A stretch of 64,000 nucleotides of DNA from Octopus bimaculoides (GCF_001194135.2 NC_069004.1:28029428-28093427), one strand, 5' to 3'; counted from the first letter of the stretch, positions 38,833 to 53,469 are shown. The notes: a model not told the origin generated them from the sequence alone. Numbers and translations: made by a program.

Positions 38833-39860
38833 CCCTTTGGTTTCTGTATCTCTGTTGAAATAAGCTGCTTTTGTTTCAGTTAATTTTGGAAATATGAAGG
38901 GTTTAGCAAAATAACTTTGTCATTATGAATCTGATGTTTGAAACTTAAATTAACATGAAATTTTGACAAAAGGTTTTAATTTTGAGGTGCAGACATGGCT
39001 GTATGGTAAGAAGCTTGCTTCGCAACCACATGGTTACTGGTTCAGTCTCACATTGTGGAAAATTGGTTTGTGTTTTCTGTTGTAACCTTGGACTGGCCAA
39101 AACCTTATGAGTGGATTTGGTAGATTGAAACTGAAAGAAACCTATTGCATGTATATGTGTATATACATAAATACATGGCATTCTGTTGGCTATAGTGATG
39201 AGGGATCCAGTTGATTCGATCAACGGAACAGCCTGCTTGTGAAATTAACATGCAAGTGGCTGAGCACTCCACAGACATGAATACCCTTCACATAGTTCTC
39301 AGGGAGATTCAGTGTGAGACAGGATGTAACAAAGCTGGCCCTTTTGAATTACTGGTACAACTCATTTTTGTTAGCTGAGTGACATGGAGCAGTGTGAAAT
39401 GAAGTGTCTTGCTCAAGGACACATTGCATCACTGGGGTTCAAACCCATGACCTTACAGTCATGAGTTGAATACCCTAACCATTAAGCCATGTATCTTCAC
39501 ATATAAATCTATGTTTGTATGCATGTGTTTGCGTGTTTGTGTGTGTGTGTATGTTACTGTCTCCTTGCCTTGGCATCATGTGACAGTTGCAAACATGTGT
39601 CACCATCATGGAAGCAGTGTCTTTTGTTTCCAGTCTTCTATGAGAACATGTCTGGTCATGGGGGGAAAATATTACCTTACTTAGAAACAGGTAAGGGTTG
39701 GTGATAGGAAGAACATCCACTTGTAGAGAATTCACCTCAATAAATACCGTCTGACCCATGTGAGCATGAAAAAGTGGATGTTAAGATGAGGATCATCTTA
39801 AAGGGATAAATCTATATTAGAGAACTAAGGGTAGACTCAGGTAGATTGATATCAAAAGGG
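38833..39860 (+). mobile_element. piggyBac-type MITE (family J) split by nested SINEs
   Basis: TTAA|cccttt at 38829-38838 and aaaggg|TTAA at 39855-39864. The interior carries SINE C and a B/I mosaic SINE. A related reversed copy lies at ~61875-62150. Confidence 0.5.
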
Positions 39861-40899
39861 TTAAACGACTTAGAGGAAGTCTTTGTCTTCTGACTGCATG
39901 AATAATCTTAGTTAATTGTAATTTTCTAATTCACAAAATTACCTAAGTAAGAGATCTTAATGTATATGTATTTAGTATGCAGAATACCTCTTCTGAGGTC
40001 CTTTTCCCTCACAGCCATTTTGATCATACATGATATTTAAGCACAGCAGGCCATAGCAAACTAGACTTCGTGCTGCGACTGCTAATGAAATTGCTGTTTA
40101 AATGCCTACAAAATCAATGTCTTGTTGGAGCTTCATCCAACATAGACTAAGGATCATTATTATGAATATAGAATGACCAGCAATCTAAATAACCTCACAT
40201 ATTGATCCCAGTATGAATAACAAACATATTTGAAACATTTAGGAATATCAGCTAATATTGATTTCTACATTGATCACAAGGAATTTTATTTTTTCTTTAT
40301 GAGGAGTGTATATAATATATTTATATATGAGTAGAGTCAATATACTCATCAATGATAAGATGTTACAACTACATAGTTTTATCAAGTGAATGGGAGGAGA
40401 AGAGGCAAAGTTGACCTCTGCAGGATCTGAGGTTAGAAACATGAGATAGTAATCTTTTATATCTAGCTATAAAACATCTAGATCAGCTCTACATTATCAA
40501 TATGCACTATCATCATAGGAATATAGACTGGCTCAGCCCCAGTATATAGTTTCAGACATGCTTGTATGTATTTATATATTTATTTATTTATGTATTTATT
40601 TATTTATTTATGTATGTATTTATATATTTTCATATGGCTTCATTGCTAATAATAATTAAAAGGCTTGCTGCCAACTTATGGCTCTATGGTTAAGAAGTTT
40701 GTTTTGCAACCATGTAATTCCAAGTTTGATCTCACTGCATAACCTTGGACAAGTGTCTTGCTTTAGTCTTGGGCCAACCAAAAATTTGTGAGTGAAATTT
40801 GGTTAACCAAAACAGTGTAGAAGAATCATTTCTGTTCTGGGTTGTAAGCTTAATATGTTACCAAAGTTAAGCCCAACACTTGGCCTTGGGAACTTTTAA

Positions 40900-41135
40900 C
40901 CCTTTAGCATTTTAACCAGCCATATCTGACCAAAATATCTACCTGTTTTTTTTTTTTGTTTTTTTTTGTTCAAACTGGTCAGATCTGGCTTCTCACATCT
41001 ACCCCAGAATGTCATTCTGAAAAATAAACAGTCACATATTTGAAACCTTGATGCTACAAGATATTGCATAATTAACCCAAAACATTGTGAATAAATGAAC
41101 GTTGCATTTGACAGAGTAATCTGAATGCTAAAGGG
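40900..41135 (-). mobile_element. piggyBac-type MITE (family F), complete
   Basis: Perfect 12-bp TIRs ccctttagcatt / aatgctaaaggg with TTAA on both sides (40896-40899 and 41136-41139). Confidence 0.85.
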
Positions 41136-41157
41136 TTAAAGGAGCCTATTCTTCTTC

Positions 41158-41188
<31 letters not shown>

Positions 41189-42929
41189 TTTATATATATG
41201 TATGTATGTATGTAGTTATGTAATATCCTTGATATAAAAAATGTGAAATTAATATTTGGATTTCATTAAACTCATCAACTCGCATATAGAATGTGGTAAA
41301 CATTAAACCTGCTCTGCTAACTGTTTCTTCTGTATATATTGCTAGATTATCTTATGATGTTGCATGGAATATGCATTTTTAAGTCCTGTACTTATTTTAT
41401 CGCTTCCCTGAAAGGATGAGTGATAGAGTTGACCTCAGCAGTATTTCAACTTAGAATGTAAAAAGCCAGAAAGAATGCTGCTAAAGCATGATTTGCTTAT
41501 GATTCTCCTTGCATGCCTTACACACACACACACAATGGGCTTCCACACAGTTTCTCTCTAGCTAATGCACTCATCAGGCATTGGTCAATGAGCCCAGGGC
41601 TAGAGTAGAAGGTACTTGCCCAAGGTATCACACAGTGTGACTGAACCCGAAACCACAGGACAGCAGTACATGCTTCTTCATCCATACAAACACACATAAT
41701 TTAATTTTACCTTACACGTTTTTAAAGCCAGCCAGAAATTTTACGTTTTTGAAGCCAGTCTGAAATTTTTCTGACCTTGGAAGCCCCGTGTCATTTTGTT
41801 TTTACCTCTTACTACTGCTCCACTCCATAATTCCTGCTATTCATCTTCTTTCCACCCAACATTTTACTCAAGTGCCTTTCAAATTACTCTTAAAATACCT
41901 TGGCAGACTTTTGTTTTTTGTTCTTAATTTTTATTTATTAAATTTTTTTTTTTTTTTTTGGATTTATTTAAATATTTTTAATTGATATGTTGTCACAATT
42001 GGGAAATAATTCAACCATACATCATATTCATTCTTCCCAACTACCTTTATACACCCATTGTCTCTTTCTCTCTCTCTCTCCCTCCCTCCCTCAAATTTCT
42101 TTTTTTTTTTCCCCTATTCTTTTTCTCTTCTCTTTTCTTTTTACTTTCAATAAATCTCTATTAAAAATTTTCCAGTGTATTTCTTTTGGAAAGTTTCCAA
42201 ACACTTTCATCGTTTTAATAAGCAATTAATGAAAATCAATCAGAATGTCTCTTTTGTTCACACCCTCCACCATTTTAACACATTCCTCTAAACTGCCTAT
42301 TATTTCATTATTTCTCTCTTATTCTTTACTTCTGTTTATTTTTTTGTTTTTGTTTTTGTTGTATATGTACCCCACCACCACCACCACCACCACCTTATAT
42401 AAATCAGAGGTTATGAGGAATGTGTTATGAGCAACTTGTGTAACCAAACACACACCATTCCCCCAGTGAAGTTCAACCATTGTGTTTTCTTTTTCCGTTG
42501 TCATTATTTCCTATTTTAACACAGCTTTCATTATTGTTATTAAATCCAAAACTGGTGTTTACCATGTAATATTAGCATAAGAAATTATGAAAATTATCAT
42601 GCATTTCATTTGGAAAATTTTATGCAATTTTAATAATATTTTGTCTTTTATTCTTTTTTTTTATCTAAATTGTTTATTTCATTTTGTAATTTTAATTTAT
42701 TCCAAATAAATCTTTGCCTTTAAGTTATTCCAAATATCTTTGATTTCATTCGTGTCGCCATTGTAATAATTCCATTGGTACTTGACATCAGTCAAAGAGA
42801 AATTCAATCGATGTATATATCCATTCTCTTCTTTCATTGATGAGGGGTGTATACCGAGTTTAGATATATGAACAAATAAAAAGAATTAAAGATGCTGTTC
42901 GCATCTATAATGTCAGTCTAGTGATTGAA

Positions 42930-43436
42930 TAACAATTATTTAAAATTTGGGGCTCCAGGGCCAGCAATTTTAAGGAGATAGGGGTAAACCAATTAGATCA
43001 ACCCTAGTACTAGACCTGTGCTTATTTTATGAACCCTGAAAGGATGAAAGGAAAAGTTTGTCCTTGAAAGGATTTGAACTCAGATTGTAAAGAGCCGGCA
43101 GAAATGCCACAAAACATTTTGTCCACTGTATTAATGTTCCTATCCCTTCAACCACATCATCATTTGACGTCCATTTTCCATGCTAGCATGGATAACACAT
43201 TCTCACTGGAGCTACTAAGCCAGAGAGATGCATTGGTCTCCTCCAGTTTCTTTTGACTTGGTTTTTTCATGGTTGAGTGCCTTTCCTAATGCCAACCATT
43301 CCACGGAGTATATTTGGTTGCCTTTTATGTGTCACAGACACTTACCACAGTTAGCTTGATATGTCTTCTCAAACACAGCAAATCGCCAAATGTCTCTGCC
43401 ACTTGTCATCCAAAGATCTTACTTCACCACCTTAAC

Positions 43437-43473
<37 letters not shown>

Positions 43474-43684
43474 GTTTCAAAATTTGGCACAAGGCCACCA
43501 ACTTTCAAGAGAAGGCAAGTTGATTACATCAACCTTAGTATTCAACTGGTACTTATTTTATTGACCTTGAAAGGATGAAAGGCAAAGTCGACCTCGGCGG
43601 AATTTGAACTCATAACATAATGATGGACAAAATGCTGCTGAGCATTTTTCCTAGTGTGCTGACAATTCTGCCAGCTCACCTGCC

Positions 43685-43716
<32 letters not shown>

Positions 43717-44095
43717 CCTTTCTGCTGTAGGCTCAAGGCATGACATTTTAGGGGAGGGGACTAGTGAATTACATCAACCCCAGTGTTCAACTGGTACTAA
43801 TTTCATTGATCCTGAAAGGATGAAAGGCAAAATCGATCTCAGCAAAATTTGAACTCAGAACATAAGGATGGATGAAATACCACTAAGCATTCTGCCTGGT
43901 GTACTAACAATTCTGCCAACTTGCCACCTTGGTAGTAATAACAATAATAATAATCCTTTCCACCATAGGCACAAGGCCTGAAATTTTGGGAGAGGATGCT
44001 AGTTGATTTACGTTGACTGCAATGCTCATCAGGTACTTTATCAACCCTGAAAAGATGAAGAGAAAAGGCAATATTTGAACCAACATTTGAATCAA
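42930..44095 (-). mobile_element. Second stack of co-oriented family A SINEs, with a SINE D insert
   Basis: The same motif recurs near 43040, 43570, 43815 and 44050. A family D segment lies at ~43150-43430. Confidence 0.75.
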
Positions 44096-44971
44096 CATTA
44101 TAGTTGTATGCCATAGCTTTTAATTTTTTTGCTTCTTTTTACTGGATGCTTTCCCTGTCACCAGGTACTTTACAATAAGGACTGGATGAATTTTATTGTA
44201 CCAGAAACATTAAAGAGGTTTTCCTGTGGGAAGACTTAAAAATGATCAAACCTTTGAATAAAGAAGTAAAAGAAACGGGCAACCAGTTACAGAATGCACA
44301 AGCAGTGATGTTTCTGAGATGACATTGACCAATGGGGCAGCAATGGACTGCCGGATTTCCTATTATGCTGGCAGGCGAAGGAGGTCATGGCAATGTGACA
44401 AAAGATGCTGATGATGTCATTGGGATGGAAGCGAGGCAGAGTTACTACTCTCCTAAATGGGTTGCCATTGCTACAGGTTTCCAGAGCCCACATCTCCTCC
44501 ATTTATTCCTTCTTTATCTGAGGATTCTGTGATTATATAATCACAACTGCATACATGAGTTTCTTGAAATATGTCAACACTGCCACTCCTTAGTGATTTT
44601 ATCTATCACATGAATAGTCAGAGGTAGACATTTTATATTTCTAATTAATACTTGGTGAGTTACTGATCAAGATAGATTATTCCATCTTGACCGAATCAAT
44701 TTGTTCAGATGGAATTATAAGTCTTGAGCAGTAACTGTAAAATCTATGTGACAGCAAAACATCTGTGTACTTACAAAAAGCTTCTAACTCAGAACAAACA
44801 TTATTCACAACCTCTTGTACATAAGGTGTTTTGGCTACAAAATCCACTCAAGGCTTTGCCCAATGTGCCACGCAGTAGGACATTGGGCAAAGTGTGCCAT
44901 GCAGTGGGACCCAAATCCACATGGGTAGATAGCAAAGTTTTTAACCACACAGCCATGTTTCTGCTTATATA

Positions 44972-46351
44972 TAGGGTGCAGTGAATACATTGCTGTCTAA
45001 ATTATGCAAAAATGAAAACAACGCTAACATCTGCCAAATCAGATTGGAGCCTGGTGTTGCCATCTGGTTTCACCAGTCCTCAGTCAAATCATCCAACCCA
45101 TGCTAGCATGGAAAGCGGACGTTAAATGATGATGATGATCTCATTTTAACAGGTATATATACCAAAATTACATACAAATATCTTGAAATATTAAAGAGTA
45201 AATTTATTCAATAAAATCACCATTAGTTTCAACCATGGTCTCCAAATGACTTTGGAATCTCTTGCAATTCTTCTGGACAGTCTCCTTGCTGAAGTTGGTG
45301 AATGCTACCATAATCCTTTTCCTTCAATTCATCTTTGGTATTACAAGTTTTGTTGGTCTCTCGCTCAATTGCGCCCCACACATAATAATCAAGAGGGTTG
45401 CAATCTGGGGAGTTAGGTTACCAGATATTAGGGGGCGATGTGGTTGCAGAAATTGTCAGACAGCCATAACTGGGTTCTCCTGCTTGTGTGGCATGGTGCA
45501 GAGTCCTGTTGCCAGACACAGGGTCTTCCAGCAGCCACCCTCTTGATCCAAGGCAGCACTACCTCCTCCAGGTACTTGATGTAGGCCTCTGTGTTGAGTC
45601 TGAGGACATGTGAAAAGATGGAGGCATAAGGTCGCCATCATTAGTGATCACTCTGAACACCATGAGGTTGACCGGATGTTTGATTTTTATCCCTCTCGGT
45701 ACATGTTTTGGAGACACAGAAAGCCAACAGTTATTCTGTGTGTTCACCATCTGATCCTGGCAGAATATTTTCTCCTCTGAGAAAAACCAAAGCATGTTCA
45801 GTCAGAGGGGAAGCTTGAGTTTGTTCAAAAGCTCAGTTGTGTGGTCTTTCCTCTTGTCCTTGATGGCTTGAGATAAAAATTGGCCCTTTCTCATTTTGTA
45901 TGAGGAATACCAAATGTCTTCTTGTACTACCTGCCTGGTAAGAAACTCAGACACTCTCGTATTCCTGGTGATGGACCAGACTGACTTGGAGGGATCGTTG
46001 TCAATCATGGCCTGGATCTCAGCAACAAATTCAAGAGTTCTTTCTTTTCTTATCAGAATGATCAGAGTGACTTTCCTGAGCTGCCGTACCTTCATAATCA
46101 CCTTTATACTCCTCCTACTCTTTCTGAATCCTCTGCACTCTCCTCAAATTGACACCCAGACACTCTGAAATGTTCATACTGGAGCTTCCAGCACAGATGC
46201 CAAGCAGTACAGCATGTCATCTCCAAATTCTGGCCGAGCGAATTGCGTCATGGTGCTGTTTTTCTCACAGCGGTGCCCAACTGACCCTACTATACTGATC
46301 ATGCACAAAATTAAAAATATAAAATGACAACAATTTACCCATCGCACCCTG
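44972..46351 (-). mobile_element. Tc1/mariner maT (DD37D) transposon, decayed near-full-length copy
   Basis: TA-flanked imperfect 26-bp TIRs at 44972-44997 and 46326-46351 (19/26 identical, CAGGGTG-type). It contains the transposase pseudogene and a SINE D insert at ~45030-45138. Confidence 0.88.
45204..46251 (-). pseudogene. DD37D transposase pseudogene
   Basis: Frameshifted translation gives an HTH-like N-terminus, WFFSEEKIF, KHPVNLMVFRVITNDG, and WQQDSAPCH...IW*PNSPDCNPLDYYVWG. There are 37 residues between the second and third acidic positions after correcting one frameshift. Confidence 0.9.
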
Positions 46352-46819
46352 TATATATTCTCTCACTCACACATTTATGTATACATCTATATATGAGACA
46401 ATGTGATTTGTTTAAGGAATGTAGTATATAGACACTTACAATGGCTGTGAAATATTATGATAGACAACTGTATTACCATACACTCTATCTCTCACTCTCT
46501 CACTCTCTCACTATGTCGGTGAGTGAATGTGTGTGTGAGTGAGTGAGTGAGTGTCTGTGTGTTCAAGTTGAATGCGTTTCAAGCGAATAACAGCAATTCT
46601 AATAAGATTTGACTATTTTGTAACACTACCTTATTTCAACTTCAGTGTTCCATGCCCTGATTATCTGTTCCCTTGAAGCAATCTGCTTCATGAAGATTGT
46701 GGTTCATAATTAACAAAAATGAAATATAACAGAAATGAAACAAACAGAAAAATTGTTGGCAAAAAAAATAAAATGTGGAAACCAAATTTATTTCTCACCA
46801 GTTGTATTTTTATATATTT

Positions 46820-46851
46820 TGTGTGTGTGTGTGTGTGTATGTATATATATG

Positions 46852-46929
<78 letters not shown>

Positions 46930-47011
46930 TGCATATATACACTTATATATATATATTTATTTATATATATATATGCATGCATACATACATATATACACTT
47001 ATATATATATA

Positions 47012-47057
<46 letters not shown>

Positions 47058-47220
47058 TATATATGTATACACTTATATATATATATATATATATAGATAT
47101 AGATATATATATATGCATATATATATATAATACTCGCACACATACACATATATAATATATGTGTGTGTGTGTATTATAATATATTATAAACACACATATA
47201 TAGCATATGTAATATATATT
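46820..47220. repeat. (TA)n-dominated microsatellite field
   Basis: Directly visible. Similar fields lie at ~490-600, 16660-17050, 26090-26500, 30960-31500 and 58890-59290. Confidence 0.9.
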
Positions 47221-49573
47221 GTCCAACCATTAATACTAAGTTTCAACTTAACATTTTTTTCTCCTTCAACTGTATGTTGCACATACAGAAAGGTATGGGA
47301 AAAAAACTGAAAATATATATAGGAATATAATCATAACTTTTGTATCTCTTTGGGTTCTTGAGATTAGGAATAAGATGAAAATTAATGATCCTTTACTGGA
47401 ACTATTATTGGTTGTAAGAATGAAAAGAAAAGAAAAAAATGAAAACAACAACAAAAAAAGGAAAAAAAAAAATTCTTCCCACCTTATCACAACTGAATTC
47501 TTTAGAATTGAACATCTCTGAAGAAAATGGGTGAAAAATAAAACTAAANNNNNNNNNNNNNNNNNNNNNNNNNNNNNNNNNNNNNNNNNNNNNNNNNNNN
47601 NNNNNNNNNNNNNNNNNNNNNNNNNNNNNNNNNNNNNNNNNNNNNNNNNNNNNNNNNNNNNNNNNNNNNNNNNNNNNNNNNNNNNNNNNNNNNNNNNNNN
47701 NNNNNNNNNNNNNNNNNNNNNNNNNNNNNNNNNNNNNNNNNNNNNNNNNNNNNNNNNNNNNNNNNNNNNNNNNNNNNNNNNNNNNNNNNNNNNNNNNNNN
47801 NNNNNNNNNNNNNNNNNNNNNNNNNNNNNNNNNNNNNNNNNNNNNNNNNNNNNNNNNNNNNNNNNNNNNNNNNNNNNNNNNNNNNNNNNNNNNNNNNNNN
47901 NNNNNNNNNNNNNNNNNNNNNNNNNNNNNNNNNNNNNNNNNNNNNNNNNNNNNNNNNNNNNNNNNNNNNNNNNNNNNNNNNNNNNNNNNNNNNNNNNNNN
48001 NNNNNNNNNNNNAAAAAAAAAAAATTAAAAAGCTAGAGTTTCCCAATAATCAGTTTATTGTCTCTGAATCATAAACAAACCTTTCGCTTTATCTGCAAAA
48101 TATTGTTTTTAACTAAGAAACATTTTAGCATGGTTCCCTTTTCACTGTACCCTCCTCTTGCATCACTTTTCCTTCCCCAGCCAGATTTTGAACCATTGTT
48201 TTCCTTCACTACTTCAGGTACAGGCCTTGCTTAGTGCATGGAGTTTAGGATCAATGGATTCAATACATTTCAGTATATTAAACATCTTTACTGTTTATTT
48301 TATTGATCTTATAAACCATTAAAAGCAGACTTTGCAAGCACAACTGTGATGCACCAGACTAGATACCGTAAAGCACCTCCTTCAGCTCTGTACCCTCTCT
48401 TCTTGTGACTTTATTTGCATTCATACATGAAATATTGGTGGCTTTAAATTTTTCTGACTTTTCAAACAGCATTCCAAGACAACTTGGAATGCTGCCAACA
48501 GCTTCTAGGAATTTTTCACTTATAAAATATCAACCTTTTGCCATGCAACATTTCAAGAAAATATCAACTTATTTATATTCAACGTCATCATCATCATCAT
48601 CATCATTTAACATTCTCTTTTCTATGCTCACATGTATTAAACAGAATTTGTTGAGGCAGGTTTTTTTTTTGTTATGGCTAGCTGGCCTTCCTGTTGCCAA
48701 CTGCTACTTATTTCCAAGTAAGGTAATATTTTTCCATGACCAGACATATCTTGGAAGATTGGAAACAGAGGACAATGCTTGCATGATGGTGACGCTCAGA
48801 ACTATCACGTGATATCAAGCAAATGAGACAGTGGAACACACACACACACACACACATATGATAGATACCTTTCAGTTTCTGTCTACCAAATCTATTCACA
48901 AGGCTTTGGTCTGCCTGGGGCTATAGTTGAAGACACTTATCAAAAGTTCCACACAGTGTGACTGAACCTGAGACCATGTGGTTGAGAAGGAAACTTCTTA
49001 CCACACAGCCAACCCAAAATGAAAATTAGCTCAGTGCCCACCTCTGGCTAAGGTGTTTGAGAGAACTCTCATTGAAAAAAACGTTAAATATTATTAGGTG
49101 GGGAAAAAAATAAAGGTTAATCTCTCAGTCATACTTTGAAACTTATTTCTCGGGAGGGTCTTTATGCCAATAATGAACACATGCACTGATTCTAATTCAC
49201 TTCATTTATTAGTATGAGTAAGCAAGTGGTGCCACTCCCATCCAAAGCAACTAACTACATTCATGGTTCACCTTCCTCTCATCATTCTTAGTGTCTCCTT
49301 TTCCATTCCCTCATATTAAAAATTGTTATCTTTAAGCAATCTTTCAGGCTCAGTGCATATTGATATGCACTGAGCTTGAAAGATTACTTGGAGATACATG
49401 GTATGTGGTTATATAGATATAGCAACTTACTGTATCACTAAAGCATGAAGCTATTAGTAGCTCTTTTGTAAATTGTGTATATTAAATGATAATTATCTCT
49501 TGTTAGATGGAGCACTTTTTTTGTTGATCCTACTTGTAATGAAACTGTAAACTATACATATATATACTGTAAA

Positions 49574-49623
<50 letters not shown>

Positions 49624-50067
49624 CTTTTATTCTTTTATTCTTGTTTCAGTCACTAGACTGCAGCCATGCTGGGGCACCACCNNNNNNNNNNNNNNNNNNN
49701 NNNNNNNNNNNNNNNNNNNNNNNNNNNNNNNNNNNNNNNNNNNNNNNNNNNNNNNNNNNNNNNNNNNNNNNNNNNNNNNNNNNNNNNNNNNNNNNNNNNN
49801 NNNNNNNNNNNNNNNNNNNNNNNNNNNNNNNNNNNNNNNNNNNNNNNNNNNNNNNNNNNNNNNNNNNNNNNNNNNNNNNNNNNNNNNNNNNNNNNNNNNN
49901 NNNNNNNNNNNNNNNNATATATATAACGGGCTTCTTTCAGTTTCCGTTTATCAAAACCACTCAAGGCTATAGTAGAAGACACTTGCCTAAGGTGCCATGC
50001 AGTGGGACTGAACCCAGAACCATGTGGTTGAGAAACAAGCTTCTTACCACACAGCCACACCTGCACC

Positions 50068-50098
<31 letters not shown>

Positions 50099-53000
50099 AT
50101 CGTTCTCTCCCTTATACATTCTTGCTAGATCCCTACAGAGTTAAACATATCTTTGTAAGGCAGTTACGGTATATTTCAGGTGAAGTATTGATTTGTGTGG
50201 TGTTCAACAGAGGAGATAAAATCTGTCCTTATACCTAGCAGCATTGTTTAAATCATTGTACTTTGATTTTCTTTGCAATTCAAATAATTGCAGCATAATT
50301 TTATCAAGTTTACTGCGTTTAAACTATTAGCTACTTGTCTTATCTCTAAGCATATTCAACATACATTACATATGTCTAATAGTATTGTGTATGACATAGG
50401 AAATGATATAAAAATTATCTTTTTAACAAGTATTAAATCTACACAACTCTAGATTACATCTCTAAATGCATTTAAATTGAATAAGGAGAGTAAAAAGCCA
50501 ATTTAGGTGACTTGAAGCTCTTCAAATAATGTAGCTCTCTGCATAGCAAGTGTGTCCTTCATCTAGATCGACATAATTTTATTATGGCCAACAGCCAGCA
50601 CTTAGTGCTGGCTTTATTTTCAGCAGCACTTTACCTCAGAACTAACTCATTGTCATTAATTAGAGCAACTTGTCTGCAGCTAAAACATTGCAGAATGTCT
50701 TATTCATTGTTATAAATATTTATGTTCCATTAAACACAAAATGTTGTTATTGCTGATGTTTTCTGCAAGAAGCATTTCAGATAGGATTAACTGAAACATT
50801 GAGACCTCTTAAGCGTTTACAAATGGAATAACTTATGTTGTCATTCTTTAGTCTAGAAGTGGTAAATTTACAAATCTGAGGTCATTTACATTGATTTGCA
50901 AATGGCAGCTATAACTATTTTTCTCTTCTCTTTGTGGCGTATTATTTTATTGTCCACTCACCTTATCCAACCCCCCTATGCCATCTCACTTCTATACCCC
51001 CTCCACTGTATAACCTGAGGACGTGCCCTGACATCTTCTCTCTTCCTCCCTCCCTCCCTCTCTCTGTCTCTCTCCTAATAGGGGTAGCCATGTACCACCT
51101 CTACTGCAAGACACCTGTCTCTATCCCTCTGTCATACTCAAACCTCTCATCACTTGACACAAAACCATGAACCCAATTTCCTCAGTACCTGTCCAACCCA
51201 TGCCAGCATGGAAAACCGGACATTAAAAGATGATGATGATGCTGATTACTCTCCATTCAGTTGAAGGGTCTTGTCTTGCAAGCTACTTGGTGACCTCACA
51301 GGTGCTGATGCCACGTAAAAAGCACCCATTGCACTCTGCAAAGTGACTGGCATTAGGAAGGGCATTCAGCTGTAGAAACCATGCCAAAGCAGACATTAGA
51401 GGTAGGTTCAGAATTCTGACTCACCAGCTCAAAACCTTCAAACCCATGCCAGCATGGAAGATGGACGTTAAATGATCATGATAATGGTGGTGGTAGTGGT
51501 TGTTGTTGTTGTTTTTAGTTTAGCTTTATTCCTGTTGTTCAAAATATTGGTCATATCTATCTCCATATATTTTACAAGTCAGCTTCAGTGACAGCCATGT
51601 TTAGTTGCATAAAATATCTCACAGGTATAACCGAGTTCCCTATAATGACAAGCTTATCGCACCTAGCTTTCTTTCAAGCCTACAAAATCTGTAACTCTAT
51701 TAGTGGTGTATAAAAATCTCTTGCACTAAAACATTGATTCAACAACTTGCATCAGAATGTGCATGCAGAAAAGAGCAGGTATAAATTGCCAAAATTTTTA
51801 TCTTTGTGAAAATATTGACACCAAAAATACAATATACTCCAAGATAACTTAGGAGTTATTTATAGCTCAAGATTGCTTTGCTGCAACGCTTTATCTATTT
51901 GAGAAACAAAAGCTCTTATAGAATGACTTGTCATCCAACCTGCCATCAAATATACAGAAAGGCCCATAAATACACGTTTTCTTTTTTGAGCAGTGGTGAT
52001 GAAGAAGAAAACACTAGAAGATGAAATTTCTCTTTTCACACCTGAGATTAACTAAAGTCAAGGTGTGGTGATATATTACAGTTTGTTGAATAAGCTTACG
52101 TCCTACCGAAGAGCTAAACTTGTCTGATGCGGTTAATGACTTGTTTTGAACTTCTGGGCATTATTCAATATAAAATCACCTTTAAATCATATTCTGTGTA
52201 ATGTGATATAAATTATTTGGTTATCCCTAGGAATGGCGGATATTTGAGGAAAAAAGGTCTTGTTTAAATTTCTGTTAATTCATTTTCCTCTAATTAAACA
52301 AGGTAGTTCTAAAAGTTTACCAGAGATGAGAAGTGTTTATGCTTCAGCAGATAATGTTTGATGAGTTTTTATTCTTGCCTGGGAAGATAATGTCACTGTG
52401 ATTGCATTCTATCATATATTCCATCAACTCTGTGTTGATGTGAGTTAAGAAAACAGGAAAACTAAGCATTGGATACACTAATAAAGTTTCAACCTCCATG
52501 TAGTCTAAGCTGAAAACAACAAGTAAGACTTATATACAAGTAAGATATATATATGTATATACTCTTTACTCTTTTTACTCTTTTACTTGTTTCAGTCATT
52601 TGACTGCGGCCATGCTGGAGCACCGCCTTTAGTTGAGCAAATCGACCCCCAGGACTTATTCTTTGTAAGCCTAGTACTTATTCTATCGTTCTCTTTTGCC
52701 GAACCGCTAATGGCTGGATGCCCTTCCTGTGACCATCACTCACCTGTTACCAGGCAGCATAGTAGTTTCCATGACCAGGATGGTTTTCTGCAGAAGACTG
52801 GAAATGGACATCACTTGTATAACAATGATTTACTACCACCATATGACTTCATGACAAGGGTACACACACACATGCATATCTATCTATATATATATAGAGA
52901 GAGAGAGATAGATAGAGAGAGAGAGAGATAAATAGATACATAGACAGACGGACAGACAGATTTGACTTATTTCAGTTTTATTATCTACCAAATCCACATA

Positions 53001-53301
53001 CAAGGTCCTGATCAACCCTAGAGCTGTAATAGAAGGCATTCACCCAAGATGCTATGCAGGGGATATATATATATATATATGTGTACACACAAAATGCTCA
53101 TCCATTCACTTTTCCATACTTGTTGGGGTAGGGGGAATAAAGTAAGTAGCTGTAAATCTTCTGTGGGGAAAGGGATAGATAAATTCAGCTGTCCCCTCCT
53201 CCATATCTGCCCTGCTTTATCCTTGAATTACAAATCATCCTCATTTTTACATGGGTCATATTGCAGTAGTAACCTTGACTCTAAACATATTGTGACTCAG
53301 C

Positions 53302-53346
<45 letters not shown>

Positions 53347-53469
53347 TGTTTTAAATCCAGGTTTTGTCTCCTTTAACTGGTGGTGGATGGATCTACCTTG
53401 ATGCCATAGCAACCATCCTCACACCATCTTGCCCAGTTTTGGCCGTCCTCCTTGCCTTCAGTTGTTCTA

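Noticed and set aside
41555-41580. CTGATGA...GAAAC on the minus strand
   Set aside because: There is no stem II or stem I, and the segment is a decayed SINE C region.
44287-44532. GC-richer unique segment with short ORFs on both strands
   Set aside because: There is no recognisable domain or consistent splice-site pair.
44519-44550. CTGAGGA followed by the palindrome tgtgattatataatcaca
   Set aside because: No GAAA box follows, so it is not a hammerhead.
50593-50613. 9-bp perfect palindrome agccagcac-tta-gtgctggct as a Helitron end
   Set aside because: No CTRR follows and there is no other support. It is short enough to arise by chance.
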